Virus record (IMG/VR): IMGVR_UViG_3300021364_000005
Origin: a virus
Taxonomy: Duplodnaviria; Caudoviricetes
Reading direction: 5' to 3' (one strand)
DNA length: 64,000 nt
The position numbers and the translations under genes are program-made. The notes beneath the pieces are model-generated. The model was not told the DNA's origin. It did no database searches and worked only from the letters and a program-made list of their open reading frames with translations. Shown here piece after piece: positions 57,774-64,000 of this stretch. The stretch's first letter is position 1. Every line of letters starts with the position of its first letter.

Positions 57774-58839
57774 ATATCTAAAACAACCTCATAAGATACA
57801 GTTTGAACTTAGTAGTATGTGTAATGCATTGTGTCTAGGTTGTGTTCGTACGGATACAAGAAACTTTAATCAGTCAAAGCCACTTATTCCTAAAAAACAA
57901 ATTGTAGAAGTTGATACATTTGTAAAGCTACTTTCAAGCGAAGAAATGTCTACAGTTAAAATACTAGAGTTTTGTGGAACTGTTGATGATCCTCTTATGC
58001 ATCCAGATTTTCTTACTCTACTTGAACGAGCATACGAAATAAATCCAAATTATAAAATAAACATTCATACAAATGCAAGTCTACGAAACGAAAATGATTT
58101 TGTAAAATTAGCACAAATTTTAAAGAAGTTTAAAGAACACGAACTATTGTTTAGTATTGATGGCATTGGAGAAACACATACTATATACAGACAGTTTACA
58201 AATTATGATAAAATAATTTCAAATGCAAAAGCATTTATAAATGAAGGCGGCAGGGCTGTATGGCAATTCTTAATTTTTCCTTGGAATGAACATCAAGTCG
58301 AGGAAGCAAAAGAAATAAGCAAAGAATTAGGATTTGCTGTATTTTTACGAAGACATGATAGATCTATTGCAACTGGGCTAGGTTTAGAAAAAATACAAGG
58401 TAAGAAAAGAAAAAATACTTTGTACGATATAGTTGAAGAACATTCCATGGAGCAACTTTTAGAAAGTTATGAAAATATTAACGAAGTAGAAATTGCTTGT
58501 AATAACCAAGAAAAAGGAATGTATTTTGTAAGTTTTGATAGTAAGTTATGGCCATGTTGTTTTATTCCTAACGGATTTTTACAACAGCAACCTCGCAAAG
58601 TAGAATATTTACAAAAAAGATTATATGATACTTACGGTAAAGATTTTAATGATCTAACAAAAAAGACTGTGAAAGAAATTGTTACCAATGACTTTTACAA
58701 AAATGATCTTGTAGAGAGCTGGGATAACCCTGTAGCTTTAGGAAAATGTGGCAAGATAACAAGATGTGCAGAAACTTGTAATGTTTATAAATTAAAAGCA
58801 TTGCCAATTGGTAAACCAAAGGTGTATAGTAATGTCTAA
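57766..58839 (+). CDS. Radical SAM/SPASM-twitch protein (type A)
   Basis: CNALCLGC, CGTVDDP, FSIDG, LWPCCF...CAETC. Confidence 0.88.
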   Translation: MNEYLKQPHKIQFELSSMCNALCLGCVRTDTRNFNQSKPLIPKKQIVEVDTFVKLLSSEEMSTVKILEFCGTVDDPLMHPDFLTLLERAYEINPNYKINIHTNASLRNENDFVKLAQILKKFKEHELLFSIDGIGETHTIYRQFTNYDKIISNAKAFINEGGRAVWQFLIFPWNEHQVEEAKEISKELGFAVFLRRHDRSIATGLGLEKIQGKKRKNTLYDIVEEHSMEQLLESYENINEVEIACNNQEKGMYFVSFDSKLWPCCFIPNGFLQQQPRKVEYLQKRLYDTYGKDFNDLTKKTVKEIVTNDFYKNDLVESWDNPVALGKCGKITRCAETCNVYKLKALPIGKPKVYSNV

Positions 58840-60154
58840 TACTTATTGTCCTATTCCTTGGATATTCCAAGCAGTTAGGAATAACGGAGATATAAGAGTT
58901 TGCTGTCAAGCAAATGTAACAAAGAATCAAGGAGTAGTAAGACACCCAGACGGAACTCCATATAACGCTGGGCGTGATAACATGGAAGAAGCACGTAATG
59001 CAGAGCTTATGAAAGAAATTCGTAAGAATATGATTGCTGGTAAATGGAGTGAAGAATGTGGCAGATGTATGAAAGAAGAAGCTAGTGGACTTAATAGTAG
59101 ACGTCAGTACGAATTAGAAAACTGGGATTATAGTTTTGAACAAGCTGTTTCTTCAACCGAGAAAGACGGCACTATAACAAATCCGCAACTACGTTACTAT
59201 GACTTACGATTTGGAAATATGTGTAATCTTGCTTGTAGAATGTGCGGACCTACTGACAGCCATACATGGTATGAACAATGGTTAGGATATCACGGCGGTG
59301 ACGGATATGACGATACTCACGGATATGTAAAACTACAAAAAAATGAAAAAGGTAGATTGTATACAAATGATTATGACTGGCATAGTAGCGAAACTTTTTG
59401 GGAACAAATAGAAAAAAACATTTCTAACATAGAACACGTTTACATGGCAGGCGGAGAGCCTATGATGATCGAACGTCATTATGAGTTTTTGCAAAAGTGT
59501 ATAGATGGCAATCATGCAAAAAATATTATTATAGAATATAATACCAACATGACAAATTTGCCTGATAGAGTTTTGGATATGTGGACACACTTTAAACAAG
59601 TGAGAGTTGGTGCAAGTATAGATGGTATGGGCGATGTTGTAGAATATCAGCGTTGGCCTTTAAAATGGAAAAGTGCATATCGTAATTTACAAAAATTAGA
59701 CGACTATGCATATAATAATAAAAATATAATTGCTTGGTTAGCGTTTACAGTTACAGCATATAATGTATGGCACGTACCAGAGTTTATGTGGTGGAAACTA
59801 AAAGAAAGTGGATTTAAGGCTATTAACAGCACAAAGAAACGTCCTATAATTACACATCATGTTGCACATGGACCAAAACGTGCAAATATAAAAATATTAG
59901 ATAAAAAAATGAAAGACCATTTAGAATATCATTATGCTAGATGGTCGGATAGATTTATTGATGATAAAGAACTTTCAATGGATGTAAAAAACAATGCTGC
60001 TTCTATTATGGAAAGTGTTTTAAAGTTTGCAAAGAGTGAAGACGCTTCAGATAAACTTCCTGAGTTTGTAAGGTTTACTAAGTACTTGGATAAGCAAAGA
60101 AATCAGTCTGTGGTAGATGTAGTACCACAATACGAGGAATTATTTAATGAGTGA
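58832..60154 (+). CDS. Radical SAM protein with N-terminal twitch-like domain (type B)
   Basis: YCPIPW...RVCC...CGRC, DLRFGNMCNLACRMC, AGGEP. Likely ATG 58832. Confidence 0.88.
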   Translation: MSNTYCPIPWIFQAVRNNGDIRVCCQANVTKNQGVVRHPDGTPYNAGRDNMEEARNAELMKEIRKNMIAGKWSEECGRCMKEEASGLNSRRQYELENWDYSFEQAVSSTEKDGTITNPQLRYYDLRFGNMCNLACRMCGPTDSHTWYEQWLGYHGGDGYDDTHGYVKLQKNEKGRLYTNDYDWHSSETFWEQIEKNISNIEHVYMAGGEPMMIERHYEFLQKCIDGNHAKNIIIEYNTNMTNLPDRVLDMWTHFKQVRVGASIDGMGDVVEYQRWPLKWKSAYRNLQKLDDYAYNNKNIIAWLAFTVTAYNVWHVPEFMWWKLKESGFKAINSTKKRPIITHHVAHGPKRANIKILDKKMKDHLEYHYARWSDRFIDDKELSMDVKNNAASIMESVLKFAKSEDASDKLPEFVRFTKYLDKQRNQSVVDVVPQYEELFNE

Positions 60155-61547
60155 GAAAGTTTCAGATACCTTTTGCATTTTGCCTTGGGTACATTTAAGT
60201 ACTAGACCTGATGGTAGTATGCGTGTGTGTTGTACTGCTAATGCAAGTTCGGTAGGAGCAACTAATGATAAAGAACACGGCGGCCAAGTTGGTGTATTAA
60301 AAACTGAAGATGGCAAGCCTAACAACTTGAACGTAAGTGACTTTCTTACAAGCTGGAATAGCACATATATGAAGAATGTGCGAAAGCAAATGTTAAATGG
60401 CGAAATGCCGCCTAGTTGCTTGAAGTGTTATAAAGAAGAAGCAGCTGGACATAACTCTAAACGTATGTGGGAAACTGCCTATTGGAGTAAGCGTGTTGAT
60501 GTAGATAAGCTAATTGAAAACACAGAAGACGATGGAAGTGTACCTCCTGAGCTTACATACATAGATTTAAGATTTGGAACAAAATGTCAGCTTGCTTGTG
60601 TGATGTGTTCTCCTCATGATAGCAGCGGATGGATACCAGACTATAAAAAAATATTTCCTGATGTGCAGAATGAAAGCCTAAAGGAAACTATGCAGTGGAA
60701 AGATAAAGGTAGCTATAACGGCAGTAGTTATAATTGGCATAAACAAAACCCTAAGTTCTGGGAACAATTTTATGCACAAATACCTTATATGCAACAGATA
60801 TATTTTGCAGGTGGTGAAAGTTTAATAATTGAAGAGCATTATGAAATATTGGAAGAATGTATCCGTCAAGGTTACGCAAAAGATTTGGAACTACGTTATA
60901 ACTCAAATGGCGTTGAGTGGAGAGATGATTTATTCGAATTATGGAAAGAGTTCAAACTTGTAAGATTCCATTATAGCGTTGACAGCATCGGGAACATGAA
61001 TGATTACATACGTTACCCTAGCAAGTGGGAACGTACAAGAGAAGTATTTCATATACTTGACACACAAACAAGCAACAACGTAGAAGTTACAGTTGCTTGT
61101 GCAGTACAAGCACTAAACATTTACTACATTCCAGATTTTATTAAATGGAAACTACAAGAAGGCTTTAGTAAAATTAATATGTGGCCATTTGGTGCAGGCG
61201 GCATTAATTACCACTTTGTGTACCATCCACCGCACCTTAATGTTAAAGTATTGCCTAAATGGTTTAAAGAAGAAGTGCGTAAAAAGTATGAAGAATTTAT
61301 TCCATGGTGGGAAGAAAATTGGGAACTAGGTGTACCTAGTTGGCATAAAGGTAAAGTTGATTACGACAAATGGCGTAGTGCAAGTTATGGTGTTGATCGT
61401 TTAATGGGAATGGTGAAATTTATGGAAAGTGAGGATTGGAGCAATCGTCTGCCTGAAACAAAAGAATTTTTAGAGTTATGTGATAAGCAGCGCGGTAATA
61501 GATTTGAAGATACGTTTCCGGAAATGAAAGGAATATTTGATGGATAA
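60147..61547 (+). CDS. Radical SAM protein with N-terminal twitch-like domain (type B)
   Basis: FCILPW...RVCC...CLKC, DLRFGTKCQLACVMC, AGGES. Confidence 0.88.
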   Translation: MSEKVSDTFCILPWVHLSTRPDGSMRVCCTANASSVGATNDKEHGGQVGVLKTEDGKPNNLNVSDFLTSWNSTYMKNVRKQMLNGEMPPSCLKCYKEEAAGHNSKRMWETAYWSKRVDVDKLIENTEDDGSVPPELTYIDLRFGTKCQLACVMCSPHDSSGWIPDYKKIFPDVQNESLKETMQWKDKGSYNGSSYNWHKQNPKFWEQFYAQIPYMQQIYFAGGESLIIEEHYEILEECIRQGYAKDLELRYNSNGVEWRDDLFELWKEFKLVRFHYSVDSIGNMNDYIRYPSKWERTREVFHILDTQTSNNVEVTVACAVQALNIYYIPDFIKWKLQEGFSKINMWPFGAGGINYHFVYHPPHLNVKVLPKWFKEEVRKKYEEFIPWWEENWELGVPSWHKGKVDYDKWRSASYGVDRLMGMVKFMESEDWSNRLPETKEFLELCDKQRGNRFEDTFPEMKGIFDG

Positions 61548-62367
61548 ATTGGAAAGACTTGAAACAGACCCTGTAATGAAAGTGCAAAATATTGTACCTG
61601 AAGAATACCATAGTGAATGGAAAAAAACTTGGGGAGATAGTTTTTCTGAAGAGAACTTTTTCGATCATGACGAATTAGAATGGCTTACAGATTTAATGTA
61701 CAAACAACATCACGCTAGGCGTGTAAAGAAAAATGGCACATTACATTACTTTGTCAATAATGAATTAATTAAAGAAAAGTTCTACGACAAAATAAAAGCA
61801 GCAGTTCCAGAACTTGACGATACTGAGTGGCACGGTAATTTTTTAATTACTGCTACACCGTACAACTTACACATTGACACAGCAGACGAAAAAGTTTATA
61901 ACGGCACAGTGCCAGGCAAACAAATTATTATACCTTTGTTTACTTGTTGGACTGGTAATAAAGACAAAGACGAGGATTGGTATCCAGAGTGTGGTACTGC
62001 TGTATTTAAAAACAGATTTTTAATGTACGGCACAAACTTTGCAAAAAGTGATAACGAATACGATACAAATGTATTTTATACGCAGCGCCAATATCAAGAC
62101 TTAGTTTGTTACGATAAGCAAGGCGAAAGAATGGATGTAGACTGGAACAAAGAATTTCCAGATGATTTGTACAAAAAGCATTTCGATCATTTTAAAAAGC
62201 GTTGGTTGGATGGATTTGAGTTTGAAGCAGTGCATAATTGGAAACGTGGTAATTTAATTGTATTTGATAGATGTCAAGCACACAGCGGTGTAAACTTTCA
62301 AAAATGCGGAGTTACACTAAAGGCAGGATTGTCCTTGATGACTACTACACGGAATAATAATGTTTAA
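61537..62367 (+). CDS. 2OG-Fe(II) oxygenase-like protein
   Basis: HxD (LHIDT), IIIPL strand and distal WKRGNLIVFDRCQAHSG. Confidence 0.55.
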   Translation: MMDKLERLETDPVMKVQNIVPEEYHSEWKKTWGDSFSEENFFDHDELEWLTDLMYKQHHARRVKKNGTLHYFVNNELIKEKFYDKIKAAVPELDDTEWHGNFLITATPYNLHIDTADEKVYNGTVPGKQIIIPLFTCWTGNKDKDEDWYPECGTAVFKNRFLMYGTNFAKSDNEYDTNVFYTQRQYQDLVCYDKQGERMDVDWNKEFPDDLYKKHFDHFKKRWLDGFEFEAVHNWKRGNLIVFDRCQAHSGVNFQKCGVTLKAGLSLMTTTRNNNV

Positions 62368-64000
62368 ATTAGAAAATATAGAACTTGTACATTTCGAAGT
62401 GACAGGTAAATGTAATGCTAGATGTCCTATGTGTAGTAGACATACTAAAGACGGATTCTTACAGCCACATATGCCTCAGACTCATTTATCTAAAGAAATA
62501 TTCTACAAGTTTTTTACACACGAATTTTGTACTCAACTAAAACACGTTTATCTAAGTGGAGTATACGGTGATCCGTGTATGCATCCCGATCTTGTAGAAT
62601 TTTGTGCCCATTTAGCAAAGTATGATATTGAAGTTGCTATCGACACAAATGGTGGATATCGCAAAGCTGAGTTTTGGTCAGCACTTGCAAAGACGGGTGT
62701 ACAAGTTAATTTTGCTATAGATGGATTAGAGGATACAAATCATTTATATCGTAGAGGTGTGAGATGGGATGTTGTAGATCGAAATATTAGAGCTTACTCA
62801 GAAGCAGGCGGCAATGCACAATGGAACTTTATTGTTTTCGAACATAACGAGCACCAAGTTGACGAAGCAAGACGGTTTGCTGATGAGCTAGGTTTTGATT
62901 TTAGAACTAAAATTACACAAAAGTTTAGTAGCTCCAAAACTTGGGATGTATACGAAGATGGTAAAAAGTTATACGAACTAACACCACCGGAAAATGAAGA
63001 ATATAGACATCCACACATTTCAGAACGTCCGTATGCTGCAACACAAATTTTTGAATTTGATTTAAAATCTCCACGTTGGAATGAACTTGATGATGTTGAA
63101 ATTGACTGTAAAGCATTACAGCGTAAAGAAATATTTTTAAGTTATGAAGGTTATGTATTGCCTTGTTGCTACGTAGGTACGCTTTATAATGATAGCCCTG
63201 GTACATATCAAATTAACCAAAACTTAGATTTGACTAAATTTAAAATTGCTGATTTAGATTTAGAAACTATAGTAAACAACATGAATGTTATTGCTGATAC
63301 ATGGAATACTAAGAAAGTTTGTGACGGAAAATTAATCACCTGTGCAAGAACTTGCAAAAAGAATAATGCACTTAAAACTCAGTTTATTAAACAGCCAAGC
63401 AAGAGCTTTTGTGTTCTGCCATGGATTCATGCACAGACAAAACCCAATGGGCAGATTAAGCCTTGTTGTAGATTTGATCATAGACACAAAGCGTATAAAA
63501 ATGAGGACGGCTCGTATATTTGGGATAGATTTAATATTAACAAAGGAATGACATTTAAAGAAGCAGTTGAATCTCCAGAATGGCAAGAGATAAGAGACGC
63601 TATGATGGAAAACATAGAAGTGCCAGGCTGTCGTAAATGTTATGCAGAACAGTTAAGAAATCTAGAAGATAAAAAACGTGCAAGAAGTATGCGTGTAAAA
63701 GAAAATTGGTTCTGGAATAAAAACAACCAGTTTGAATTAGAACCACCTAATGAATTAGGAAAATTACGATACATAGAACTAGCATTAGGAAATTTTTGCA
63801 ATTTGAAATGTAGAACTTGCACCGCTGATCTAAGTAGCACATGGACAGAAGATGAAAATACACTTAGTGAATTTTATGATGACAGACACAAATATAAACA
63901 CATTGTTCATGTCGATCAAAATTGGAAAGTTGAAGATTTTGAATATGTAGAAGAAATAAAATTTACTGGTGGTGAGCCTATGCTGCATCCAAACTTTATT
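62360..64000 (+). CDS. Fused tandem radical SAM protein (type A + type B), partial at right edge
   Basis: Not in the ORF track. Manual translation is open from ATG 62360 to the window end: CNARCPMC...LPCCY...CARTC, then FCVLPW...KPCC...CRKC...GNFCNLKCRTC...TGGEP. Confidence 0.85.
   Translation, partial: MFKLENIELVHFEVTGKCNARCPMCSRHTKDGFLQPHMPQTHLSKEIFYKFFTHEFCTQLKHVYLSGVYGDPCMHPDLVEFCAHLAKYDIEVAIDTNGGYRKAEFWSALAKTGVQVNFAIDGLEDTNHLYRRGVRWDVVDRNIRAYSEAGGNAQWNFIVFEHNEHQVDEARRFADELGFDFRTKITQKFSSSKTWDVYEDGKKLYELTPPENEEYRHPHISERPYAATQIFEFDLKSPRWNELDDVEIDCKALQRKEIFLSYEGYVLPCCYVGTLYNDSPGTYQINQNLDLTKFKIADLDLETIVNNMNVIADTWNTKKVCDGKLITCARTCKKNNALKTQFIKQPSKSFCVLPWIHAQTKPNGQIKPCCRFDHRHKAYKNEDGSYIWDRFNINKGMTFKEAVESPEWQEIRDAMMENIEVPGCRKCYAEQLRNLEDKKRARSMRVKENWFWNKNNQFELEPPNELGKLRYIELALGNFCNLKCRTCTADLSSTWTEDENTLSEFYDDRHKYKHIVHVDQNWKVEDFEYVEEIKFTGGEPMLHPNFI

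Noticed and set aside
1-64000. CRISPR array, tRNA genes, IS elements, DGR repeats or stop-codon reassignment
   Set aside because: None seen; long ORFs read cleanly in the standard code, using TAA, TAG and TGA as stops.
48909-64000. RiPP cluster with precursor peptide
   Set aside because: No short leader/core-type peptide, transporter or protease recognised; the small ORFs look like ordinary globular proteins. Not excluded outside the window.

Overview
AT-rich, almost fully coding segment of a large T4-superfamily (myovirus-type) phage genome; no cellular genes, tRNA, rRNA or CRISPR arrays were seen. Left arm (mostly minus strand): partial radical SAM gene, MptE/Maf-like gene, portal (gp20), tape measure, a divergent gp26-like hub/chaperone gene, two putative internal virion proteins, and a sigma70-driven gp55-gp47-gp46-orf-GIY-YIG operon. 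Centre (plus strand): baseplate and tail module (gp53, hub, gp5 with GH19 domain, CHAP, gp25, gp6, a 5186-aa structural protein, several fibres) with T4 late-type (T)ATAAATA boxes. Right arm: a sigma70-driven modification cluster of glycosyltransferases, a methyltransferase, a 2OG-Fe(II) oxygenase-like gene and 8 radical SAM domains in 7 ORFs. Three observations stand out. (1) A ~490-nt, helix-dense, apparently pseudoknotted non-coding region starts right after the GIY-YIG stop codon, a candidate large ncRNA and possibly a nuclease-RNA system. (2) A textbook -1 slippery site joins the gp26-like ORF to an unannotated downstream frame. (3) The radical SAM paralogue array. All product calls come from motif recognition by eye; no database searches or folding programs were run.
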